A stretch of DNA of 64,000 bases from Epithemia pelagica (taxonomy: Eukaryota; Protista; Bacillariophyta), in contig OX337228.1 in the NCBI GenBank assembly GCA_946965045.2, positions 4,278,001 through 4,342,000 of the forward strand. Direction: 5' to 3'. Shown here piece by piece: positions 55,001 to 64,000 of the stretch. The notes beneath the pieces were generated by a model. That model did no database searches. It had not been told where the DNA came from and saw nothing but the letters and a program-made list of their open reading frames with translations. The position numbers were made by a program, and so were the translations under genes. Each line of letters starts with the position of its first letter. Position 1 is the stretch's first letter.

Positions 55001-58000
55001 TGGATACTGTCCCACCAGCTTCTTCAAAACTCGGCCCAACTTCGGGACTCCAACCAACTCTCCAAGATCCGAGGCCGTCAAGTCTGCGTATCGATCCCAC
55101 TCAATATCGCTTTTGCGTTCCAGTTTACGTGTCACCACTTCTGGTACGTTGGGGAACTGCCGCAAAGGGGACTGGCTTTTCCAAACTCTGAAAGAAACCA
55201 TGTTTGACATGTCTAGGCAAAGCTTTGCCAGGGACGACCAACCACGTCGGAGAGAGATTTCGAACAATGCACGCATAATCCGCGCTGCAGACTGCCTGAT
55301 GAAGGCCATATCCGCAATCAGAGCAAAGCCTTCGAGTTTCAGCCGGGATATGTAAGACTGGAGAAGAATATTGACTTTGGCTGATGGTTCGGATGGATTC
55401 TCTTTAACGGGGATAGGCACTCTTCCCGCCAACTTCGAGAGCTCGAGCTTCTCCTCATCTCTCACCGTTATATTGGTGAATTCTCCACTCAATGAAAAAA
55501 GCCTCAAAAGGTCAATATCAGTCATTGTTGGTCGCATATGTCTGTTATACAGCGCCATAGATGACGAAGTAAGATAGAATTGGCTGGCCACCCGACCAAG
55601 CGGAGTCGACTGAAGCGCCCCACTCTTGCGGTCGTAGTGAACCAGATGACTCTTCTCTAAAATGACTGCAGCCGTATGAGCGAGGTCTAGTCTTCTCTTT
55701 TTTAACCGTGGATCTTCCTTGATGGTCGATTCCCCGATACCATACATGGAGGGGTTTCTCAACATTCTGACAAACAAAAAAGTGTACCCCAACCAGTCAA
55801 CTGCCTCTTGGACGCTTTGAATACTACCAAGTGCAACTTCTGCATTCATATGGTCAGGCAGAGATTGAATCAACTGGCTTTCGACTGGCAGTTGAAGGTT
55901 GGTAAGAGACAAATAGTACTGCAGTTCACTGTGTTGCGTAAGAATGATTCCTTCTCCTTCACTGTCGTACTGCGGTCGGCCCGCACGACCCAACATTTGT
56001 AAAACATCAAGAGGACTTAACTCAGCCCACTTCCCTTTTGAGGGATTGTAGATCTGAGTACCCTTGATCACAACCGCGTGTGCGGGCAAGTTGACTCCCC
56101 AAGCAAGTGTGGCAGTTGTACAAAGAACCGACACGTGACGATCCGCGAATAAATCTTCCACCAGAGCACGGTCCTCCCTGGCCATTCCAGCATGATGAAT
56201 GGCAAAGCCGTAGGGCAAAACATCTTTCAAGATTGCATTCTTTGCTGAAGCTGCTTCTTCTCGAAGAATCTCTTGAGATGCACTTCCATCGCGGACAAAC
56301 TTTGTCAACTCATTCCGTTCCATTGCAAGACTTTGAAGAGCTTTTGCAGTCTTACCAGTTTCGATCCGACTGTGAACAAAGATCAGAATTTGATTGTTTT
56401 TGCGACGCTGGTCCATCGCTTTCTCATAACAAATCTCATTCTGAAGATGCATTCGCTTGAAAGCATTTTTCTCGGTGATTCCAAGGTACTGCATCTGAAG
56501 AGGAACAGGGCGGAACGAATGGTCGAAAAAGAAAAGACCCTTGTCGGGATTGACACGAAGAAAAGCTGCAACATCCGCGTAGTTAGGAAGGGTAGCGGAA
56601 AGTCCTACCAATCGAATTGGCTCTCCACTCATCTCGATTTGACGAATTGTGCGAGCCACAATACTCTCAAGCACAGGACCACGCTCATCATGAAGCAAAT
56701 GAATTTCGTCAATAATCACCAGTTTGATAAGTTGCTTAAAAGATCGCCCCTCGCCCTGTCGTGTGACGACATCAAACTTTTCCGGCGTCGTAACAAGAAC
56801 TTGTGTTTCCGCAATCTGCTGTCGAGAAAGACTCGAGTCCCCGGACAATTCCTTGACGGACACACCGTACGTTTTAAATCGTTGAGAAAAATTTTGGACC
56901 TGCTCTTGAACAAGAGCCTTCATGGGAGCTACGTATACAATTTTGAACCCGTCCAAATCAAAACTTGGCTCTTCGTCTTCTGTTGTGTTTCGTCGAAATT
57001 GTCCAAGTATGTTTAGCATTGTAAGCCATGCTACATTCGTCTTCCCTGCTCCAGTTGGCGCACAAAGAAGCATGTTCTCGGATGATCGCAACGCAACGTC
57101 GCACACTTTGGATTGAACGCGATTGAGAGTGTCCATACCCTTGAAGGAAACATGAGTCCAAGAAGGCAACGATCGAATTTCAACAAGCTTCTCATCCTTT
57201 GGAATAATGCTTCTGACAGCAGGTACGTGAACTTCCTCGTAGCCAGGCCTCATGGCGCTCCACGATTTGTCCGGTAAAGTACATTTTTTGTTGCTCATGG
57301 TGTGGGCACCGTCTTTGAACGCCAAAACTTCCAAATCGAGCTCGTTGGGACCTGAGGCTAAGCCATCTGGTTCGTCATCGTCTATATCCATTCTTGACCC
57401 AACAGCTTCAGCTCCCGTCGTTTTGTCGGAGCTACCGACTACTTCGGCGGTAGCATCACCCTTCAAATCATCAACCAAACCCTTCATCTGATTTCGAGTC
57501 CAATTTTGTGCCTTGTCTCTGGAATTCAACTCTTGCCAGACCACTGTCCCTTCACCGGTAGGCTCCTTTTCCAATATGGCAGACAAGGTTTGTCGTTCCT
57601 CCTGAGACTGTGCTTGTTTCAGTGTCACACAAGCCCACACACGAACTCGATTATTGAGTATGAGTTTGATGGTAGCAGCTAGGTCAAGGCCCAGTAATAT
57701 AATGAGCTTGTTTTCGCATTCTCGCAAATCTGCTCCATTCTGAATGTCCAATATCTCAAGGACTTGCTGCGCCATCCGGGCTGATTCATCCGCGTCCGTA
57801 AAATGGTTTGACAGTTGTCGCTGAAGGAAATGAGCATCAATCTCGTGTACTGACAGAACCCGATTATCCGATCGTAATTTTTTCTTTCTGGTCGTACTTC
57901 CCTGGATCAATTTCTCTTGGTCGACTTCACCATCCACCATAGGATCTTGCGTTGTGGCATCATTCGCTTCTTCTTCGTCTTCAGAGGATGACGACGGATC

Positions 58001-58777
58001 TACCACAACATCCGCATCGACGTCACTGTCTCCATTGTTGTTCTCCCCATCTTGTTCATCTTCTGATTCATCGAACATTACAGCAACGCCCATATTGTCA
58101 TCTAAGTCGTTGGCACTGCTACCAGCAGCCGCCGTTTGTGTAAGCTCGTCCTCGTCACGACGCCCAAAATCGGGCATATCCTTGGCCAGGCGTACCATGC
58201 TCGTAAAGATACTTTCGGACAGTCCCCCAACTTCCTTTGGTCCCTTCCTTGTTAATAGTTTTGATGCCTGTGTGTGTTTCTCTGGATCTCGCAAGCCTTG
58301 ATCATTGAGAATGGTGAGAATTTCTTCTGCGGCATCGCGCAGCATTTGAGGATCTTGACTTCCAAGCAACGCCCGTCCTCCAATCATGGTGAGCAATCCT
58401 TCATAGGCAGATCTAGCTTGTTCGGTTGACGGATGATACCCCGTCAAATCACCCACATCCAAAATTGTTTGAGCTCCTCCTCCCGCCATGGTTTTGGATT
58501 TCTTGGAAGAGCGATCTCCCATGGTTTCGTGTCCCGACGACGCACCACTTCGTTTGACTTTCTTCTTCTTGGGCGGGTCAGCACCAGTCTCTAACTTTTG
58601 CTGACGATGATCCATGAGTCGATCTCCCATGCGAGGTAAATCACCCTTGAAGGCACGCAGGGATTCGACTTCCCCCGTGGCCTCGCCGCGACGAAGATTT
58701 CGCCGATCGGCCTGTTCAACCTTGTTGCTCATTTCATGGTAGGCATACCGTCGCTGCAAATCGTCTCGTTCTGCCAT
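52009..58777 (-). CDS. SNRNP200: U5 snRNP 200 kDa helicase Brr2, 2 exons (58777-54974, 54912-52009; ~2235 aa)
   Basis: Two Ski2-like cassettes (APTGAGKT/IIDEIH and APSGSGKS/FDEVH) with Sec63 units; 61-bp intron 54973-54913 joins SAQIQ|PITRSLL in frame. Confidence 0.98.
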
Positions 58778-58903
58778 GGCCTTCTCCTCTACACAAGAGT
58801 TTTCACCCTCTGAAACTGTTCCAACAGAATACTAAACGGACGAACGATACAAGGATCCAATAGATCACAATAGACGTCTTCCTTCCATGGATGGGGTTGC
58901 TCG

Positions 58904-59856
58904 AAAAAAAAAAAAGGTACAGTCTATTTTAACGCTGCCGCGCGTACCCGCTAGGGTGACGCGCCCGGCTCCACACAAAATGAAGAGCGAGGACTAAAGA
59001 GACAGGACATGTAGTGGGAACGGGACAAGGTGTGAAAATCAGTGATCAAGGTGGAATGGCATCCCTGAGAATAACAGGGCGCCATGTGTTGATCCAGGAA
59101 CGCAGGGAAACAGCAGTGGTTTCCGCTGCAAAGTGTGTCTCAGGGGATGAGTAGAAAATATCTCGTTCGGATGGCGGGAGGCAGGTACGGAGGTCATATA
59201 AAGCCAAGACTTCGCGTTGGGCTTGGGCGTAAGAGGTGGCTTCAATTGTTTGAGGGGAATCGTCATGAAGGTTGTGATTTCGAGTAAGCCACAATGCATG
59301 AATGTGGTTCCACATAAGTTTGATTGTACCAGTGACGAAGTGAGTACCAGAGACCAACCGAGACTGATAGTCGGTTGTAGACAGGTAAAGGTCTTGTAGA
59401 GTGCGCCATTGGGTAGTGAAACGGCCGAAAAAGATATGGGCGAAGCCAATACATTGCTGTTGTGTGATTAAAGATTGGTATGTTACAATTCTTTCTGAAT
59501 CGTAGGGACATTGATGCTCGGTAGAGCAGACAATCAGGTAGGTCACCAACCGATACAAGCTTCTCAGGGTCAGAGAAGCAAGCAAGTCGAAGTCTATCAG
59601 AAGGATAGTCGGGACACAAAAGAGGATGTGATAAATGGTGATATTGTTAGATTGTGTGTTGATTACTACGATAGGTCTACGTGAAATGTTCGGTCCTGCC
59701 AAGGGTCATGTATCATAGGTACTTGGCGGCAACAGGTTTGGAATAGTTGGAGTTGATTCATGTGATGTATATGACATGTATATGTGGGCGGATAACATAT
59801 ACAGGGTCAACAGCTCTTGCTTTGGGTTGGCATAGTTGTTTTAATGGCGCGCAGCT
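58904..59856 (-). mobile_element. Degenerate 3' fragment of a second Ambal-like non-LTR element
   Basis: YQSLITQQQCIGFAHIFFGRF...LMWNHIHALWLTRN...QAQREVLALYDLR...SWINTWRPVI parallels the C-terminus of copy 1; the shared 3' UTR motif is followed by T12; the upstream part is frameshifted. Confidence 0.85.
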
Positions 59857-60263
59857 TGTTGACAATTTGGAGATTGTGGGAATGGAAATATGGTCTCGCG
59901 TGATCGTGTGTCGTGCTTGGGATACTTAGACCGTTGGATCGGATAGATGCCGATAGCGCTCGGATGTCGCTTGGGCGCGCTCGATGATTTCGGGCGCGTA
60001 CGCTTAGGGCGTTAGTATAGTGTCCGAGCAACGGCCAAATTTACGTCCGTTGTAATACCGCACGACCCAGTTTAGTCTTGAGAGTGAGTTCGTCAATCTA
60101 TTCTCACTTTTCATGATTTGCGAAGAAATATAGGTCGATATAGCGCGAAGCTAGGAAACATAGCTCGAAGCTAGAGGGCATGATGCGATAGCACGAGGCT
60201 ATGTGACATGGGGAATCGATGAGATGTAGAATCTAACCACCATAGACGGTGAGAATTCTAACA
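59857..60263 (-). repeat. Putative 3' LTR of the copia element (407 bp, TGTTAG...TCAACA)
   Basis: Begins directly after a purine tract (gtggggag) at the end of pol. The right boundary is inferred from TCAACA and cannot be confirmed without the 5' LTR. Confidence 0.65.
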
Positions 60264-63200
60264 CTCCCCACAACTCGTCGTTTCAGCCTTGTCATCATTG
60301 GATTTGTTGAGGTCTTGAACTTCTCCTTTCCAAAACAACAATGGCTTGAGCATGGGCCAGATAGATACGAAATCCCAATGTTTGCTAAGGATATCGGCGG
60401 GGTTGGTCTTTCCATCTTTCCAGTAGAATGCAACATACTTTGCTGCGATGGCTTCACGAACTCGGTGGTATGACAGAAGATGGTGTCTCTTGGATAGTAT
60501 GGAATGAGGAACGGTTGCATTGAGCACAACAGATCTGTTATCTCCGTACATGTAACTTCGCTCTCGGATAGGTACTCCAAGGTAGCGGAGAGAATGTCGT
60601 AATTCTGTAATCTGATCTATTGCTGTCCTTGCAGCCACGAACTCGGATCCATAGGTAGCAGTTTCCACTGTGCTCTGTCTCTTGCTGTACCAGTCAATAG
60701 GCGTTCCGTTCAACAAATGTAGAACAGCAGTGACGGATTTACCAGTGACTATGTCATGCATGAGATTGGCATCAACATAATGAGTTGTAGTAACATAGCG
60801 GCCAAGAGGTGTTGGGCAGTCTTCAGGAATACGTTCACTTGCATTCGAATAGACAGTGCGAGTCCAATCAAATTCTTGGGTAGGAAGACTTGAATAATCA
60901 GGCTCTCCAATCCTAAATCTGATTGCGCCTTCTGGGAGATGTGCAAGGTATCCATAGATACGCTTGGCTCTATCAAGATGTCCTTTCCTCGGAGCAGCAC
61001 GAAAGCGTGATAGCGTCATTGTAGCGGTGAAGACGTCGAAACGACCAATAGTGATCACCCATTGAAGTTGTCCAATCAGAGTTTGGAAATGGTTAGTACC
61101 TTCTTCATCAAGGAGCTCAGAATCGTCCAATTCAGGATGGTCTCCACCAATAAGAGGTGTTTTGGCTTTCTTGGGTTTCTCCTTGAAGATTCGTTCGAAA
61201 GTGTCCATCATCTTACCAATGTAGCGTCTTGGATCTGCTACTAATGTTCCATCAGAATCCTTGGTGTAACAACATCCCAAGTGGAAATCAATAGGTCCAT
61301 CTCCTTTGAGTTTGAAGTTGTATTTCTCCTTCAGGATCTTGCAGATATTCCCAGGATCAGTAGAAATAATGGCTAAGTCATCAACGTATACGGCAATGTA
61401 TTCGTAACAGTCTTCTCCAGGTGCCTTCCTCATCCAGATATCCGGATCTGCTTTGCTTGGTGAAAATCCCATGTCTGTCAAAACATCGAATAAGACATCA
61501 TGCCAGCGTGCGCCTGATGACTTCAATCCATAAAGTGCCTTGTATATAATCAGGATGTGACCTTCTAATTCCTTGAATTCAGGTCCTGCGACAATGAAAA
61601 TTTTCTCCCCTGTCAAGGCTTCCAGATATGCATTTCCAATATCTGCTCCCCATATTTCCAAGTCATTCAAAGTACCCAGGAATAAGGCAATGCGGAGGTT
61701 GCGAATGGAAACAACACCTGAATAGATTGTCTCAACAGGTTCTTTTGTGAGATGTCCATCTGCGACAAGTCTTGCTTTATGTCGTCCATCATGTTTTACG
61801 TCAAAGACAAGATGCACACGTATCTTATGATATCCTTCAGGTGCATTGGATACTTTCCCTTTAATGAAGATGGCTTTCCCAAAATCCTTGAATGTCTTGT
61901 AGGACTGGATCTGTGACAATTCTAATTCTGTTGCATCCTGCCACTTTGTGTTGCCATGTTGTTTATCAAGAGCAACAGCTTCCTCATAATTGCGTGGTAC
62001 TTGAAATCCAAACTTATACTTGACGGAATGGTGAACTTGTTTAATCCTTGACTGTTTGGCTGCTCGAATGAGACGTTTGCTTGTTTTGACATAACGTTTC
62101 AAATGCTTCCATCCAGGTTCGTTGAGTAAACCATGTTTCTTTCCATAAATTGCTACAGTGATCGGATCATCATTGGCGATGAGTGATAAAGGTTCATAGG
62201 TAGTCTCCCCAGTTTCCCAATCAACAAGCAAATTATATTTGCTCCCCTTGTAATCTGGATCAGTTGTGTTCAGTGGGCCTTGATGGGCAATGACATCCCT
62301 GAACCTGAAAAGATTATCTCCAGAGGTTTGGGCTTGGTTATCTCGTTCGATATACTCCATGAGTTGATTATAGGATATCATCTCATCAACATCAGAATTT
62401 GTCTTTCGGTAAATGTACTTGACACGTTCTTCCTGTTTCGTTGCTTCTTCATTAAGATCAATGACTCGTTTGATGACACGTGCACGGTGTCGCTCCCCAT
62501 TTTCTTCTGTGTCGCATAGGAATGTGCGTCCTATCATGTCGTCAAAATCGATCGTGGGCATTGGTTTGGATGGATCTTCACTATCACTGCGAATGAAGAC
62601 AGTGTCAGCTTGCTTATCATTGTCATCCTTCTCAGACGAATCCTCCCCTGAAGGTCGATCCACACGTAGGTTAGGTGTAGTGGAGTCAACACGGCGAACG
62701 GCAGAACGGTAGATTATCTGGTTATCCTGGGTGAGAATCTTCCAAGTAAAAGAATCACCAACGTTGTGAGCAAAACCAACCCAGTGGCCAAGTTTCTCAT
62801 CAGAAGAAGATGGATATGAACCAGAATTGGGTTCAGCGGGGTCGACACGGTAGTAAACCTCATCCCAGAAAGGGAAGAACAAGAGATGAGTAATGTCGGG
62901 TGGGCGTCCGGAGAGAGCCTCAAGAGGAGTGCGACCGGAATGGGTGGGTGATGACGTATGGTTCAATAAGTCGCAGACATACTCAAGGCAAAGAAGCCAT
63001 GTGTTGGCAGGGCAACCAGTGGCATTCATGAGAGCGTTGGTCATTCGTTTAACGGTCTGGTAACGGTTTTCAGCCTTATTCTGGTGTTGATGATAAGGTT
63101 CAGATCGATACTCCCCAATAAGCAAAGTGCGAAGAATGTCTTTGACCTTTTGAGAGATGAGAGATGAACCACCATCACTGATAAGGGTCTCCATGGCACC

Positions 63201-63998
63201 ACGAAACCGGATGTTGTCCTGAAGAGTATTGACAAACTGTTTGGTTGACTTGATCCCATAAATATCAGTAACCAGAGTATCTCGACCAACAAAGATTTGT
63301 GCGACTTTACCGCCATGGTCAACAGCAGGGGTGTCGGAGAAAACCGAGTCAGTAGCAACGGGTTCATGGCGTCGAGGTATATTAAGGACCGGATTGCGAG
63401 CCTTGAAATGTTTCTTGAGGGTGTCGTGGTCAAAAGTAATGCTACCATTACGTGTAGTGTGCTTGAACGTATCGGCAATAACATCTTCAGATTGCCAACC
63501 AAAGAATGGACGGAACTTCTTCCAATCATACGCTTCCTGGTAACGACGGTGGACAGATGCATGAAGTGTAGGATCATTACCTTCTGCGTCAGCATAGATA
63601 GAAAAGAAGGGTGCGTCGTCAGGTCCATGATCGTATGGGAGATCCAAAAGGAGATTGAGGTTACAAACAACACGATCAGTGTACTCCCCATAGTTGTCAT
63701 ATGGATAGTTCGACATACTACCATCAGTCTTGACGTGTTTCCAATCAGGATCATTGTCAGAGGGTGTGGGAGAATACGAATGGTCCAGAACACCAGGATC
63801 CCATGTGTTGGGTGACGTGAAGATGATCTGAGGTAAGGTATCCATGTCATCGTCGCTGGGGATACCCAAGGAGTGGATGTAGGCTAACCCATCCTTGATG
63901 TGAAGGGGTATGGCACGACCATCAAGTGTAGTGATGCGTTGTTTACCATCAACTTTAACAGATCGTTCATCAACAGCAAGTCCGAAATGCTCGAATTG
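60258..63998 (-). CDS. Copia pol polyprotein (integrase, chromodomain-like segment, RT, RNase H), 5'-partial, uninterrupted
   Basis: TDSVFSD / LISDGG / KAENRY (DDE), KARLVADG, ADIGNAYLEA, LYGLKSSG, YVDD, YVDAN, GSEFVA, GDN, NPADILSK; the frame stays open to the window end. Confidence 0.95.
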   Translation of the reverse strand, partial: QFEHFGLAVDERSVKVDGKQRITTLDGRAIPLHIKDGLAYIHSLGIPSDDDMDTLPQIIFTSPNTWDPGVLDHSYSPTPSDNDPDWKHVKTDGSMSNYPYDNYGEYTDRVVCNLNLLLDLPYDHGPDDAPFFSIYADAEGNDPTLHASVHRRYQEAYDWKKFRPFFGWQSEDVIADTFKHTTRNGSITFDHDTLKKHFKARNPVLNIPRRHEPVATDSVFSDTPAVDHGGKVAQIFVGRDTLVTDIYGIKSTKQFVNTLQDNIRFRGAMETLISDGGSSLISQKVKDILRTLLIGEYRSEPYHQHQNKAENRYQTVKRMTNALMNATGCPANTWLLCLEYVCDLLNHTSSPTHSGRTPLEALSGRPPDITHLLFFPFWDEVYYRVDPAEPNSGSYPSSSDEKLGHWVGFAHNVGDSFTWKILTQDNQIIYRSAVRRVDSTTPNLRVDRPSGEDSSEKDDNDKQADTVFIRSDSEDPSKPMPTIDFDDMIGRTFLCDTEENGERHRARVIKRVIDLNEEATKQEERVKYIYRKTNSDVDEMISYNQLMEYIERDNQAQTSGDNLFRFRDVIAHQGPLNTTDPDYKGSKYNLLVDWETGETTYEPLSLIANDDPITVAIYGKKHGLLNEPGWKHLKRYVKTSKRLIRAAKQSRIKQVHHSVKYKFGFQVPRNYEEAVALDKQHGNTKWQDATELELSQIQSYKTFKDFGKAIFIKGKVSNAPEGYHKIRVHLVFDVKHDGRHKARLVADGHLTKEPVETIYSGVVSIRNLRIALFLGTLNDLEIWGADIGNAYLEALTGEKIFIVAGPEFKELEGHILIIYKALYGLKSSGARWHDVLFDVLTDMGFSPSKADPDIWMRKAPGEDCYEYIAVYVDDLAIISTDPGNICKILKEKYNFKLKGDGPIDFHLGCCYTKDSDGTLVADPRRYIGKMMDTFERIFKEKPKKAKTPLIGGDHPELDDSELLDEEGTNHFQTLIGQLQWVITIGRFDVFTATMTLSRFRAAPRKGHLDRAKRIYGYLAHLPEGAIRFRIGEPDYSSLPTQEFDWTRTVYSNASERIPEDCPTPLGRYVTTTHYVDANLMHDIVTGKSVTAVLHLLNGTPIDWYSKRQSTVETATYGSEFVAARTAIDQITELRHSLRYLGVPIRERSYMYGDNRSVVLNATVPHSILSKRHHLLSYHRVREAIAAKYVAFYWKDGKTNPADILSKHWDFVSIWPMLKPLLFWKGEVQDLNKSNDDKAETTSCGEC

Positions 63999-64000
63999 AC

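Larger units (their letters stand above)
59857..64000 (-). mobile_element. Ty1/copia LTR retrotransposon (CoDi-like), 5'-partial
   Basis: INT-RT-RH order, PPT and LTR. Confidence 0.93.

Noticed and set aside
1-64000. tRNA, rRNA or snRNA genes
   Set aside because: No cloverleaf with D/T-loop consensus or rRNA/snRNA signature was seen by eye; tRNAscan-SE and Infernal would be needed to exclude them formally.

Overview
Compact eukaryotic nuclear DNA, most likely from a diatom. This is inferred from 60-110 bp GT-AG introns, signal peptide plus ASAF-like plastid presequences, and diatom-type CoDi copia and Ambal-like retroelements. About 20 host genes are present: a Gfo/Idh/MocA dehydrogenase, RPAIN-like, bystin, a CHI-fold protein, a GARS-GART-AIRS purine fusion with an extra N-terminal domain, a putative CG-1-like factor, cactin, HemW/RSAD1, two MFS transporters (one with an in-frame TAA), an NTT-like carrier, RsmE, tRNA-guanine transglycosylase, TOP2, an HMG-box protein, Brr2 and several unknowns. 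One unknown is a >1000-codon ORF running off the left edge that the ORF track misses. The most informative structure is in the mobile DNA. A 5'-truncated RT-RNase H non-LTR element (38545-43715) is flanked by a 22-bp direct repeat and carries two TIR elements nested in its last ~25 nt; a third MITE lies just outside. Removing the nested inserts restores a 3' terminus matching a second copy at 58.9 kb: a conserved stem-loop with a compensatory base pair, followed by poly(T) rather than poly(A). A further 607-bp TIR element with an apparent 5-bp TSD lies at 31.4-32.0 kb. A copia element with an intact pol and a chromodomain-like integrase extension fills the right end. All family assignments come from motif recognition by eye; no searches were run.
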